A DNA stretch of 64,000 nucleotides from a virus (Duplodnaviria > Heunggongvirae > Uroviricota > Caudoviricetes), in the IMG/VR virus record IMGVR_UViG_3300023174_000034. The stretch is one strand, 5' to 3'. The position numbers and the translations under genes are program-made. Below, one piece after another: positions 47,161-56,911 of this stretch; within the stretch, counting starts at the first letter, position 1; every line of letters begins with the position of its first letter. The notes beneath the pieces were generated by a model. It was not told the DNA's origin. It searched no databases and saw only the letters and a program-made list of their open reading frames with translations.

Positions 47161-47559
47161 ATGCAGTATGTTGTTGAAGCCCGCAATGCCAACCACAAAA
47201 AGTGGATTGAAGCACTCCTGCCCTCCATGATACGTCAACTGGGACTTGGCCGCAGTCGCAAGACCCTGTTGGTATCGGTTGAAAAGCATGACAACATGGG
47301 TGCAACAGTTCCACTGGATCCAATTGATGCTTATGTAGTAACCATCAGTCCGGGCAAGCTCAAAGACGTTGGGCTCACACTTGCACACGAAATGGTGCAT
47401 GTGAGACAGATGGCTCTAGGCATACTGAAAGTGGTAGATGGTAAGAATTACTGGAAGGGCAAACGCTATACAAAACGAACCAAATATTTGGATCAACCCT
47501 GGGAACAGGATGCGTTTGCTAGACAAGAGATAGTTTTTAGAAGAGCAATTGAAGAATAA
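47161..47559 (+). CDS. Zn metallopeptidase-like protein
   Basis: TLAHEMVHVRQ and PWEQDA. Confidence 0.75.
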   Translation: MQYVVEARNANHKKWIEALLPSMIRQLGLGRSRKTLLVSVEKHDNMGATVPLDPIDAYVVTISPGKLKDVGLTLAHEMVHVRQMALGILKVVDGKNYWKGKRYTKRTKYLDQPWEQDAFARQEIVFRRAIEE

Positions 47560-47570
47560 AGGAGAACAAC

Positions 47571-48173
47571 ATGCCTAGTGTATTTTTGGTTAGTGATACT
47601 CACTTTGGTCACATGGGCGTGTGCAAGTTCACTCGCAACGATGGCGTCACCAAGTTGAGGCCCTACTCCACTCCAGAGGAGATGGACGAGGACATGGTTG
47701 CCAAGTGGAACGATCGAGTTCGTCCTTCAGACAAGGTGTACCATTTGGGTGACGTTGTAATCAACCGCCGAGCATTGCCTACCATGGCTCGCTTGAACGG
47801 TGACAAGGTATTGATCCGTGGTAACCATGATATCTTTCGTGACGATGAGTACCGCGAGTACTTTCGTGAATTGAGAGCATACCATGTGATGAACGGAATG
47901 ATATTGAGTCATATTCCGTTGCACTCAGATTCAATGGGTCGCTTTGGTGTGAACATCCATGGCCATACTCACGCCAACCGCGTGAAGAAAGCTCGTGGTG
48001 TTGATGCTAGAACAGGAGAGATCTTGTACAGTGACGAAATTGATGTGCGTTACCATTGCGTGTGCGTGGAGCAGACTGATTTCGCACCCATCTTGTTTGA
48101 AGACGTGATTGCACGTATTGAAGCAGAAGGTGGCACAGTAGGTTTCAAGAACGGCAACGGGCCTACCATGTAA
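47571..48173 (+). CDS. Calcineurin-like metallophosphoesterase
   Basis: SDTHFGH, HLGD, GNHD, SH, HGHTH. Confidence 0.92.
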   Translation: MPSVFLVSDTHFGHMGVCKFTRNDGVTKLRPYSTPEEMDEDMVAKWNDRVRPSDKVYHLGDVVINRRALPTMARLNGDKVLIRGNHDIFRDDEYREYFRELRAYHVMNGMILSHIPLHSDSMGRFGVNIHGHTHANRVKKARGVDARTGEILYSDEIDVRYHCVCVEQTDFAPILFEDVIARIEAEGGTVGFKNGNGPTM

Positions 48174-48214
48174 CTGTTGATAGCTCATTGGGCAGTCATA
48201 TATAATACGTTACA

Positions 48215-48417
48215 AGAACCTCGGTTTACTCTTTTACGTTATACAAAGAGGGTTAGGCAGCACCATAAATGCCGGGCGCACACGATCTGCCTCAGAGTCC
48301 CGCTAGATGGGAGCCTGGAGAAATCGTTGGGGTGGATGCTTGCCCACCCAGATCAGAAAGAAAGCTGGACAGAGTAACCGCTCAGCTAGGGGCCGACTAG
48401 GACCGGTAGCCTAGCAC
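48215..48417 (+). ncRNA. Structured non-coding region downstream of a sigma70-like promoter
   Basis: TTGATA-N18-TATAAT at 48177-48206, then several GC-rich hairpins before the ppiC SD. Confidence 0.4.
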
Positions 48418-48436
48418 TTTTATAAAGGAAATCAAA

Positions 48437-48706
48437 ATGTTAGTAACAGCAAGTCATATTTTAGTTCCATCATTGGAACAAGCAATACTTCTAAAAGGTC
48501 AAATCACTGAGGGTGCTGATTTTGGCACCGTTGCCCAACAACACAGCTCTTGCCCGAGCCGTGCCCGAGGCGGTGACCTAGGACAGTTTGGTCCAGGCCA
48601 AATGGTAGCACCATTCCAGGATGCAACATTTGCTTTGCCAATTGGTGGTCTAAGCGAGCCAGTACAAACACAATTTGGTTGGCACCTGATCAAGAGAACA
48701 GCATAA
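48437..48706 (+). CDS. ppiC: Parvulin-type peptidyl-prolyl isomerase
   Basis: ASHILV, HSSCPS..RGGDLG.F.PGQMV, PVQTQFGWHLI. Confidence 0.93.
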   Translation: MLVTASHILVPSLEQAILLKGQITEGADFGTVAQQHSSCPSRARGGDLGQFGPGQMVAPFQDATFALPIGGLSEPVQTQFGWHLIKRTA

Positions 48707-49149
48707 TGAAAGAAACTCAGATCCGAACAGTAACAAAGACAGTGGCGTACAGAGTCCTATCTGTCATTGCTATTATCTTGTTAAGTCTAGCGTTTGGTGC
48801 ATCAGATGCAGTGGCAGGTGCGTTGGGGCTAGGAGCTGTGGTGTTTGGATCTATTGCCTACTACATCCATGATCGCGTCTGGTTGCGTTTTGCTTGGCTA
48901 ACCAGCAATAACAACGAAAGCCAACTACGCAGTTTGATCAAAAGCGTGACCTATAGATTGATTGCAATGGGGATAGCGTTTGCCATGGCCAAGCTATTTC
49001 TAACTTCAAGTAATTCAGCAGCCGCGGCATTTACTATTGCACAGATGGCAATTAACTTTGTTTTGTTCTTTGTAGTAGAGCGTGTGTTTAACTTAATTGC
49101 CTGGGGCAAAGTTGATGACGCTGTCGGCGAGATCACGCAGGTCACCTAA
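48706..49149 (+). CDS. Membrane protein with tandem DUF2061-like repeats
   Basis: Two E[TS]Q.R[TS]..K[TS]V.YR....[DE]RV[WF] units. Confidence 0.7.
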   Translation: MKETQIRTVTKTVAYRVLSVIAIILLSLAFGASDAVAGALGLGAVVFGSIAYYIHDRVWLRFAWLTSNNNESQLRSLIKSVTYRLIAMGIAFAMAKLFLTSSNSAAAAFTIAQMAINFVLFFVVERVFNLIAWGKVDDAVGEITQVT

Positions 49150-50226
49150 CTGTTTGCGTACAGCATCTGGTGCAATACGTCTATGTGTCAGTAACTGGCT
49201 CATGCGCTGAACGAACTCGGCACGTAGAGCAGGATCATGCACAGTGTTGGTCATCGTGGTTGCATACTCTGCACATTGGCCATGTTGGCGACTGGTTAGA
49301 ACAGCTTGTTCACTTTGCTCTTCTAACTGGTTGGCCAACATATCATTTTCATCTTCAGTTAACACAGCCCAACTCAACCATGCAGGATCTAATAGATTGG
49401 TAAGTGCAATAGGTATAATCAGTCTATTGGCATAGTCTATTGTTTCTACCATGTGTTGGATGTTGAGTGGTTGCACAACAAAGTTGAAATTGAACTGTGC
49501 CTGCGGTAGCTGTCGTTTGAGTTCATGTATGTTGTGATGCACATCTGCCCACTTGCCAGGATAACGCATGAACTCATAATTTTCGTTTATGCCGTCGATG
49601 CTGATTTGTAGCTGTATGTCTTTGATACGTTTGAGCACAGCAATATGTTGTGGTAATAGTATGGTGGCATTTGTGACCAAACGTATGCCTAGTTTACGTT
49701 GTGCCACTAGTTCAAGTATTTCAACATTGCGCTTGGCCAAGAAAAACTCTCCACCAATGAAACTCACAATGCTCAAATCTGGTAGATCAAGGATAGCATC
49801 CATTGTGGCACCAGCATTGTCAATTTCATGATAGCTGTTGAGCCATCCTAGTTGTTTGCGTTCTGCCGCTAGACTAGTACTAAAGCTCTCGCTACACATA
49901 AAACAGCGTAGGTTACATACATTGCTAGGAAACGTTTCTAATTGTGCAATGCCATTTAGATCTTTGAATTTGTTATTGTAGTGTTGACGTAGACTTGTTT
50001 GACCTTGTGCTTCCTGTCTGACGCAAGATGAGCAGGCACCGGGCAAACTAGAGTACATTTGTGTTTGAGTTTTTTTGAGTAAATCACTGTCTAAATAGTC
50101 TTGCACAGAATCATGTTCTACGTTATAATCGTTGAACATACAGCATGGACGAAATGTTGTCTGCTCAGTAGGTTGTACGTTTATTCGAATATTTTTGAAT
50201 GGAGCAGTACACAGAGGTTTGATCAT
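49093..50226 (-). CDS. Radical SAM enzyme with N-terminal SPASM/twitch-like cysteines
   Basis: CTAPF..PCC..CSSC; CNLRCFMC; GGEFF; SIDG. Confidence 0.88.
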   Translation of the reverse strand: MIKPLCTAPFKNIRINVQPTEQTTFRPCCMFNDYNVEHDSVQDYLDSDLLKKTQTQMYSSLPGACSSCVRQEAQGQTSLRQHYNNKFKDLNGIAQLETFPSNVCNLRCFMCSESFSTSLAAERKQLGWLNSYHEIDNAGATMDAILDLPDLSIVSFIGGEFFLAKRNVEILELVAQRKLGIRLVTNATILLPQHIAVLKRIKDIQLQISIDGINENYEFMRYPGKWADVHHNIHELKRQLPQAQFNFNFVVQPLNIQHMVETIDYANRLIIPIALTNLLDPAWLSWAVLTEDENDMLANQLEEQSEQAVLTSRQHGQCAEYATTMTNTVHDPALRAEFVQRMSQLLTHRRIAPDAVRKQLGDLRDLADSVINFAPGN

Positions 50227-50273
50227 ATTGATATTTATCGGCTGGTTTTTGGGTTTGATAAGTATTAGTATAT

Positions 50274-50349
50274 GCCGGTTTAGCTCATTTGGTAGAGCGC
50301 CGCTCTTGTAAGGCGGATGTGGTCAGTTCGATTCCGACAACCGGCACCA
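50274..50349 (+). tRNA. tRNA-Thr(TGT), second copy
   Basis: CCGCT-CTTGTAA-GGCGG; CCA. Confidence 0.9.
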
Positions 50350-50361
50350 AGAAGAATTTAT

Positions 50362-50435
50362 GCGGGGTTGGCATAGTGGTTGTGTTCTAGCCTTCCAAGC
50401 TAGCTAGAGGAGTTCGAATCTCCTACCCCGCTCCA
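50362..50435 (+). tRNA. tRNA-Gly(TCC)
   Basis: CTAGC-CTTCCAA-GCTAG; U73. Confidence 0.92.
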
Positions 50436-50448
50436 CAGGATAAAAGAA

Positions 50449-51315
50449 ATGTATAGATTGCCCAACTTAGATATCATGATACAATACAGTTGTAGTCTCA
50501 GCTGTTTTGGATGTATAAGCATGAGCGACAATCCCAAGACCGGCGGCGTCAGCATTGCCGAAGGCGAAGAATGGCTACAAGCCTGGAGCCAGAAAGTCAA
50601 TCCTTACACTGTTGTTCTGAGTGGCGGAGAACCATTGTTGAATCCAGATATTGAACAATGGATTCGCAAAACACGACAGTATTTTCCAACCAGTACAATC
50701 AAATTGACAACCAATGGTGTACACCTTAAGGATTCAAAACTGATTCCGTTACTGATGGAAATTGGCAATGCTATATATGATGTCAGTTATCATCTACAAG
50801 GCCCAGCTGGCGAACTGTTAGAAAAAGAACTGCTGAATCAGGCCATGGCAGTTAGCAATCAATGGCATGTGTTGCACAGGCCCATGAAAGAAGTTCCAGT
50901 CAGTCTGACGCTAGACACTGTGACAGTACAGCTAACAATGTTTGAAAACTTTGTTAAACCATATCATGGCAAGCTGGGATTGATGCGTCCATGGCGTAGC
51001 AACGGCAAAGAAGCCAGTCATGCGGCATGTGGTGCTCCCGAGAATCCTATCCTGTTCAAGAATCGTTTGTTCAAATGCCCACCTATTGCAAATCTACGAG
51101 ATACACTAGAACAACATGATTTGTTTTACAATGCAGATTGGCAAGAGTATCTAAAATACAAAGGCTTTGGACTGGATGACGACCTAACCAATTTCATTGC
51201 CGACGTTGGTCAACCTAACAAAATTTGCACCATGTGTAGTGCAGATAACAGGGCTGTGATTGAACATTATGCGCCTGCCATGGTATCAATTCCGATCTAC
51301 AATGAGCCGCAATGA
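50449..51315 (+). CDS. Radical SAM enzyme (paralog of 9919-10815)
   Basis: YSCSLSCFGC, GGEPLLNP, TTNG, LFKC, CTMC. Confidence 0.88.
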   Translation: MYRLPNLDIMIQYSCSLSCFGCISMSDNPKTGGVSIAEGEEWLQAWSQKVNPYTVVLSGGEPLLNPDIEQWIRKTRQYFPTSTIKLTTNGVHLKDSKLIPLLMEIGNAIYDVSYHLQGPAGELLEKELLNQAMAVSNQWHVLHRPMKEVPVSLTLDTVTVQLTMFENFVKPYHGKLGLMRPWRSNGKEASHAACGAPENPILFKNRLFKCPPIANLRDTLEQHDLFYNADWQEYLKYKGFGLDDDLTNFIADVGQPNKICTMCSADNRAVIEHYAPAMVSIPIYNEPQ

Positions 51316-51982
51316 TTCAAGTCGCCCGCTGGTCCTACTGGGCTCAAACTCCAACATACTCAAGTTAGTCGAACTTGCCGAATCCTGCGGAGTGGCAGTG
51401 GCAGGGATCATTGATGATGACTATCACGGACAAGGCCAATACAAAGGCATTCCTGTTATTGCTCGAGAACAAGATATTGCTAAGTTTGCACACACACATC
51501 AGTTTCTATGTGCCACTAACTGGACTCCTGATCCAGGCTCAGCTCGCAACAGAGAAAAACGCACACGACAACTTACTCTAATCACCCAAAATAATTTACC
51601 ACTAGCAACTCTAATAAGCCCACTGGCCGCAGTAAGCGAATATTCTGTTATTCAAGCAGGTACAATCGTATATGCATTTGCCAGCGTGGAGCCGGAGGCG
51701 GTTGTGGGACAACATTCTATTCTATACGACTATAGTATAGTAGGACATGAAAGCCGTGTTGGGCATAATGTTGTATTGCAAAGACATGTGTTAGTGACAA
51801 GTCTTGTCACAGTAGAAAATAATGTTTATATGGGTCTGTGCTCACGTGCTGGCCGTAGCGGTACCACGCTGGGCAACGGCACATTTGTGCATCCCAACAT
51901 CATGATCCTGCGAGGTACTGATCCAAACGAAGTAGTAAGCCTAGCCAGCCGCAAAACGTACCCTGAGGTAATAGTTGAATGA
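51302..51982 (+). CDS. NeuD/PglD-like sugar acyltransferase
   Basis: GIIDD..GIPV, LATLISPLA, hexapeptide repeats, VGHE. Confidence 0.75.
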   Translation: MSRNDSSRPLVLLGSNSNILKLVELAESCGVAVAGIIDDDYHGQGQYKGIPVIAREQDIAKFAHTHQFLCATNWTPDPGSARNREKRTRQLTLITQNNLPLATLISPLAAVSEYSVIQAGTIVYAFASVEPEAVVGQHSILYDYSIVGHESRVGHNVVLQRHVLVTSLVTVENNVYMGLCSRAGRSGTTLGNGTFVHPNIMILRGTDPNEVVSLASRKTYPEVIVE

Positions 51983-54195
51983 GGATAGCGTTTTGTAACA
52001 TACCAGCTTGGGGACTACACTATCCTGCAGGTGCTCCTGCAATCCTTAAAGGCATTGCACTTAGTGAAGGACATGAAGCTCGATGCTTTGACTTTGCCTA
52101 TGACTTGTTCAACGGTGTATGTGGCCGCAGTCTGGCCACATACGATGATCTACAAACCAAACTAGTAATTCCTAGTCAATGGACACGCCCTGTAGATGAT
52201 ATCTCATATCTGGTACTGGGCGACACAGACCATGTACAGATCAACACATGGATACAACTAAGTGTAGATAAACTGATTGAGTATGCTCCGGACTGGATTG
52301 GCATATCGGTATTCAGTTACTGGAGTCACAAGTCCAGTATGCTATTGTGTGCGGCCCTACGAGAGCACATGCCTGAAGTTAAAATATTACTAGGTGGTCG
52401 TGGTGTGACCAGCACACTATTTGGCCCAGACCGTAAAAGCTATCTGGATGCTATTGCACAAACCAACTTACCACTGGCAACAGAAAACACCTACTATCGC
52501 GAATGGATGCTAGCCGCAAATTTGGCAGATGCAGTGATAGAAGGTGACAGCGAACAGGCCATACGCAACTGGTTAAGTCACTCAGTCAAATCAGTTAGTG
52601 TGTATGCTGATATCAATGATATACGGATGAATGAAATCCCCTACAGTGACTTTGACGACTATGATCTAGCAGGCTATCCTTGGCATCATGAACGTGCGTT
52701 ACCATTGAGTGGCAGCAAAGGTTGTGTACGTGCATGTACCTTCTGTGACGTACCAAAGATCTGGCCCAAGTTTTTGTTCAAAGACGGTAGCCATATTGCA
52801 GACGAAATGGTTTACCTAAACCAAAAATATCAAGCCAAAGAGTTTTATGTAACAGACAGCCTTGCAAACGGTAGCATGGTTGCATACATGGAGTTCTTGA
52901 ACAAGATAGCTGACTACAAGGTCTCGGGCAAAATTGCCGCAGACGTGGTGTGGACAGGACACTATATCACACGTCCAAGACATCAAATACCGCAAGATAT
53001 GTACCAGCTGATGGCCAAGACAGGCGCACAAGGGCTAGGCATAGGTGTTGAAACAGGCAGTGACCGTGTGCGCGATGAAATGAAAAAGAAGTTTAGTACT
53101 GAGGATCTAGATGCTGAAATGGAACAGTTTAGTCAGCATGGAATCACTGCGGTGTTGTTGTTCTTCAGTGGATATCCAACAGAACAATGGCAAGACTTTT
53201 TAGACACCATACGCATGTTCCATCGATACCAATGCTATGCGGCAGACGGTACCCTGCAAAAGATCAGCTTGGGTACTCCTTATCAGTTTGCATATGATAC
53301 ACCTGTAGAGGATCTAACACAAGCGTACGGCATGCATATCGGAGACTTTGGAGACTTATGGAGTGCTGATGTGAATCCGGAACTACATTATCTAGAGCGT
53401 GTGAGTAGACGCATGATCATGCAAGAAGTATGTTGCTATCTTAATCTACCAGTGAGTCGCAACTACTACGAACTGTTGTTTATGATGAACACAGTGAAGA
53501 GCAAGCGTGAAGAAATCATGCAGTTCTTTGGACTGAGCAGTTACGAGTTCGTGACATATCCAAACATCACAGGTGACAAACGATTGGGCGCTCGCGTGTT
53601 CATGCCTCCTGAAGTACAAGTTGAGATCATTGCTGGTGTGTCTGATGCAATGATCGAAATGATTGTGGACTACGAAACAGATGACCCACTATGGAAACCA
53701 GTGCTGGGCATACAAATGGGTGACGACACTGTACGCATGATAACAGTTGAGCACCAACAACAGCACATACAGTTGACAGGTAGACTGCCTGCTGAAAGCA
53801 ACCTGAAAGTGTCGTTGGTAGGACAGCCCACAAGCAGAACACATTTTTGGACAGGTGATGATGCCAATCATTACAGTTGCAAACAAGTGCTGATACGTGA
53901 ATTCAAACTAAACGGAGTAGATCTAATCAAGCTAGGCCATTTGGACAGACACTTTAGTCAACAGTTAAGTCCGGATGCAGAAGGTCAAGTACATATTCGA
54001 AACATGGATTGTTGGCCTGTAGAACACAAGCATCTTTGGAGATTATGGACCAACATCAGTATCTACGCATGGTTTGAGCAACCATGTATGAGTCAACTGG
54101 CCGCTTGGAATTTGGATGCACAAGCAGACATGACTCCCAATTGGGAAATAATGGAAGAATTCAAGCAGTACTTGGTTGACTTTGTGAACACATAA
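51979..54195 (+). CDS. B12-binding (class B) radical SAM enzyme
   Basis: PDWIGISVF, LLGG, SKGCVRACTFC, IGVETGS..V...MKK, GYPTE. Confidence 0.88.
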   Translation: MRIAFCNIPAWGLHYPAGAPAILKGIALSEGHEARCFDFAYDLFNGVCGRSLATYDDLQTKLVIPSQWTRPVDDISYLVLGDTDHVQINTWIQLSVDKLIEYAPDWIGISVFSYWSHKSSMLLCAALREHMPEVKILLGGRGVTSTLFGPDRKSYLDAIAQTNLPLATENTYYREWMLAANLADAVIEGDSEQAIRNWLSHSVKSVSVYADINDIRMNEIPYSDFDDYDLAGYPWHHERALPLSGSKGCVRACTFCDVPKIWPKFLFKDGSHIADEMVYLNQKYQAKEFYVTDSLANGSMVAYMEFLNKIADYKVSGKIAADVVWTGHYITRPRHQIPQDMYQLMAKTGAQGLGIGVETGSDRVRDEMKKKFSTEDLDAEMEQFSQHGITAVLLFFSGYPTEQWQDFLDTIRMFHRYQCYAADGTLQKISLGTPYQFAYDTPVEDLTQAYGMHIGDFGDLWSADVNPELHYLERVSRRMIMQEVCCYLNLPVSRNYYELLFMMNTVKSKREEIMQFFGLSSYEFVTYPNITGDKRLGARVFMPPEVQVEIIAGVSDAMIEMIVDYETDDPLWKPVLGIQMGDDTVRMITVEHQQQHIQLTGRLPAESNLKVSLVGQPTSRTHFWTGDDANHYSCKQVLIREFKLNGVDLIKLGHLDRHFSQQLSPDAEGQVHIRNMDCWPVEHKHLWRLWTNISIYAWFEQPCMSQLAAWNLDAQADMTPNWEIMEEFKQYLVDFVNT

Positions 54196-54236
54196 TGTTA
54201 TTATTACATGTAACTAACTAAACAGAGGATTCCATA

Positions 54237-54392
54237 ATGTTTGAAAACCTAGAAATTCGTAAAGCGGCAAATGGCTTTATTCTCGCTATTACTACACCAG
54301 AAGGTGACACCCGCGAATACGTGTATGATACCAGTCGTAAACTCATGCGGGTGTTAAAGCAATACCTCGACGTCAAAGAGACTGTTGAGTAA
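54237..54392 (+). CDS. Small hypothetical protein (51 aa), not in the ORF track
   Basis: SD GAGGA; MFENLEIRKAANGFIL... Confidence 0.6.
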   Translation: MFENLEIRKAANGFILAITTPEGDTREYVYDTSRKLMRVLKQYLDVKETVE

Positions 54393-54394
54393 TT

Positions 54395-55336
54395 TTACAA
54401 TCCAACTTCTTCAATAGCACCGGGACCTAATGTGTTCCGGTTTTTTATGGCCTCGCGCAACACACCTGCGGCATTGGCAGTATCGTCAGCTGAATAATGA
54501 TAGTAACGGCATTCGAATCCTAGAACACCCCAAGCGTAGCTGTCACTGCTACGATGACTCATGCTCATGAAGATCTTGTTTGGATCCAGGATGTTTTCCT
54601 GTATATGGGTAAACATAAATGGACCTGAATTCTTGCCCATGATTAAAAATGCTCGGGTACTTAGATATGCAATTTCGTTTATGTCGCCACCCTCTACGTC
54701 AGCAAAGATATCGTCTGTAAAATAGATGTTAGGAGCATCAATACCAGACACATCGAACTTGCTGGTACAAACAAAGTTAATCTCCGGGTGCTCTAGTGCC
54801 AGCGGCACAACAACATCTTCCATTAAGCCTAGATTGCTTTGCGTACTACGAACAAGTCCGTTGCACATTAACACAATGTTTTCATGTTGTCCTAAGAAAC
54901 GATCCGCAGGAGCAATGTCAAACTTTGACCAGTCGGTGGTTGGAATATAGTGAGTGATGTCGTCTGTGCGTTCTAGTGTGGTACCAAACACCTGATCAAT
55001 TGCGTCATAGATATGCATCCACATTTTGTACAAGCTGACCCAATTGGCATGATGTTGCCCTTGCGGAATAACAGCGTTGCCATATGCGCCAACCCAGGTG
55101 TTGATGTATAGCACACCTTCGTGGTCAATATAACGTGCGGCACTTGGCACGTTTGTGCCCAGCGTGTCAGTGTGGATATGTTCACAGTCAAGATCACGCA
55201 TGGTCTTCAAACTGTTTAGTTGAGCATGTTGGAACTTGATATTGGGCATTTGACGGATAATGTCTTGCATGTAGCCTTTGCCTGCATAGACATCACCATT
55301 GTGCCAGTAATTAAAAAAACAAATAGTGTGTATCAT
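54395..55336 (-). CDS. Hypothetical protein, possibly GT-B glycosyltransferase-like
   Basis: HNGD at the N-terminus, GKNSGP motif; lies in the sugar operon. Confidence 0.5.
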   Translation of the reverse strand: MIHTICFFNYWHNGDVYAGKGYMQDIIRQMPNIKFQHAQLNSLKTMRDLDCEHIHTDTLGTNVPSAARYIDHEGVLYINTWVGAYGNAVIPQGQHHANWVSLYKMWMHIYDAIDQVFGTTLERTDDITHYIPTTDWSKFDIAPADRFLGQHENIVLMCNGLVRSTQSNLGLMEDVVVPLALEHPEINFVCTSKFDVSGIDAPNIYFTDDIFADVEGGDINEIAYLSTRAFLIMGKNSGPFMFTHIQENILDPNKIFMSMSHRSSDSYAWGVLGFECRYYHYSADDTANAAGVLREAIKNRNTLGPGAIEEVGL

Positions 55337-55743
55337 TAGTAGATCTTTTCTTCCACAATATCGCTGTGTAGCATTTCGTTGATCTTGCGTTTGACTTCTG
55401 CGCGGCGATCGTTGTTGATATAAACTTGACGAGCCAGAGAAATAAATGTTTGGTCAAAGTTCTGTTCTTTTTCGTGCCGGCGTTTCATGTCTTCGATTTT
55501 CCAAAGAGCCAAGTTAATATCCTTTAGTTCTTGGTACACAACATCAATCTCTGCACGTTTGTTCAAGCTGTCTGGCAACTTGAGATCATGCTTGATACGG
55601 TTTAGTTTATCAAGCTCTTTTTGAATGTTTGCTTGCTTGGCTTCGTTGTCGCCCACATGCATGAGTTTGATCTCTAGGATAGAAATCTTGTCGTACAACT
55701 CACCCACGCTGATGGGCGCAAGTAACTCGTTTACTTTATGCAC
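55336..55743 (-). CDS. DUF6165-like protein
   Basis: PISVGELYDKISILEIK...LWKIED...ARQVY..ND.RA..K..IN...EEKIY. Confidence 0.75.
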   Translation of the reverse strand: MHKVNELLAPISVGELYDKISILEIKLMHVGDNEAKQANIQKELDKLNRIKHDLKLPDSLNKRAEIDVVYQELKDINLALWKIEDMKRRHEKEQNFDQTFISLARQVYINNDRRAEVKRKINEMLHSDIVEEKIY

Positions 55744-56911
55744 TGATCTTCTCCAGTGTTTCTTCTAGCCATGTCATGTCTGTTTCTGTAACAAAATGGC
55801 TATTGCCAATGTACACACCATTGTCGTTGATCAGATCAACATTGTATTGCTTTTTAGGTGCGCCAAACTTGTGTCCTGCCAGGAATGGTTGACGTAGCAA
55901 GTTGCCGCCTACAATAGGACGATGCTCAACGCCTTCGCGTGTGAACACCTGTTTCATTTCGGCCGCAAGCTCTGGAGTCCGGCAAATGAATGGAAATGCA
56001 AAGTTACTGTTGCCTTCTTGCCAAGTAACAGGGTGGAACTTGTCTTGATGGTTCCACATGATGCTACAGAAACGGCTGAAGTTTTCGCGGCGCTGTTCAA
56101 TCATGCGATCCAAGCGCGGCAGCTGGCTCATGCCTAGCACAGCATTGATTTCTGAACTGCGTAGGTTATAGCCGTCTGTCATGAACAAGAACTGTGGATG
56201 GATTTCTGGATGCAGGTCTGCATACTTTTTCAAGTTACCAGATTCACGTGCCAGTCCATGTGAACGTTTCATTCTCATGAGTTCGTATAGTTCGCTGTCG
56301 TTTACATTGACCATACCGCCTTCGATTGTGGTCATGTGGTGACCAAAGTAAAAGCTAAAGCTGCCTGCAACAACATTCTTGCCGCCACGGCGAACACCGT
56401 TGGTGTCTGTACAACCATGGCTCTCGCAGACGTCATCTAGGATAACTGCATTGGGAAAAATCTCTTGGTACTTTTCATTCTCAGCTGAGAAGCCCAACAA
56501 GTGGGTAACAAAGATACCTTTGATGTCTGGATGTTTCACAGCAATGGCTTTCATGTGCTCAATGTCAAAGCTGAAGTTGTCCAGGTTAACGTCACAGAAG
56601 ATTGGCTTCAGACCCGATTGGAACACAGGGCTGATATTGGTAACCCAGGTACATGCTGGCACTAGGATTTTGTCGCCGTCTTTCCAGCCCTGCTTTTCTT
56701 TAACAGCACTGATAATCAGTGTGTTGGCAGTAGATCCCGAACTGACCATGAGAGCATGTTTGCTGCCTGCCCAGTCTGCCCATTGTGCTTCGAATTCACG
56801 CACTCTAGGACCGTTTGTGTACTTCTCGCTCGTGAGCAAAAACTTTACCATGCTCAAGCGATCGCCCCAGGTAATCGCATTCTTCATCAAGGGCCAACGT
56901 GGTTGTGACAT
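55736..56911 (-). CDS. DegT/DnrJ-family PLP enzyme, ColD/RfbH-type 3-dehydratase
   Basis: VSSGSTAN, DDVCESHG, SFYFGHHMTTIEGG (His at the catalytic Lys position), GYNLR. Confidence 0.85.
   Translation of the reverse strand: MSQPRWPLMKNAITWGDRLSMVKFLLTSEKYTNGPRVREFEAQWADWAGSKHALMVSSGSTANTLIISAVKEKQGWKDGDKILVPACTWVTNISPVFQSGLKPIFCDVNLDNFSFDIEHMKAIAVKHPDIKGIFVTHLLGFSAENEKYQEIFPNAVILDDVCESHGCTDTNGVRRGGKNVVAGSFSFYFGHHMTTIEGGMVNVNDSELYELMRMKRSHGLARESGNLKKYADLHPEIHPQFLFMTDGYNLRSSEINAVLGMSQLPRLDRMIEQRRENFSRFCSIMWNHQDKFHPVTWQEGNSNFAFPFICRTPELAAEMKQVFTREGVEHRPIVGGNLLRQPFLAGHKFGAPKKQYNVDLINDNGVYIGNSHFVTETDMTWLEETLEKISA

Noticed and set aside
48177-48377. 66-aa ORF
   Set aside because: Its TTG start coincides with the -35 box, it has no SD, and it overlaps hairpin-rich sequence.
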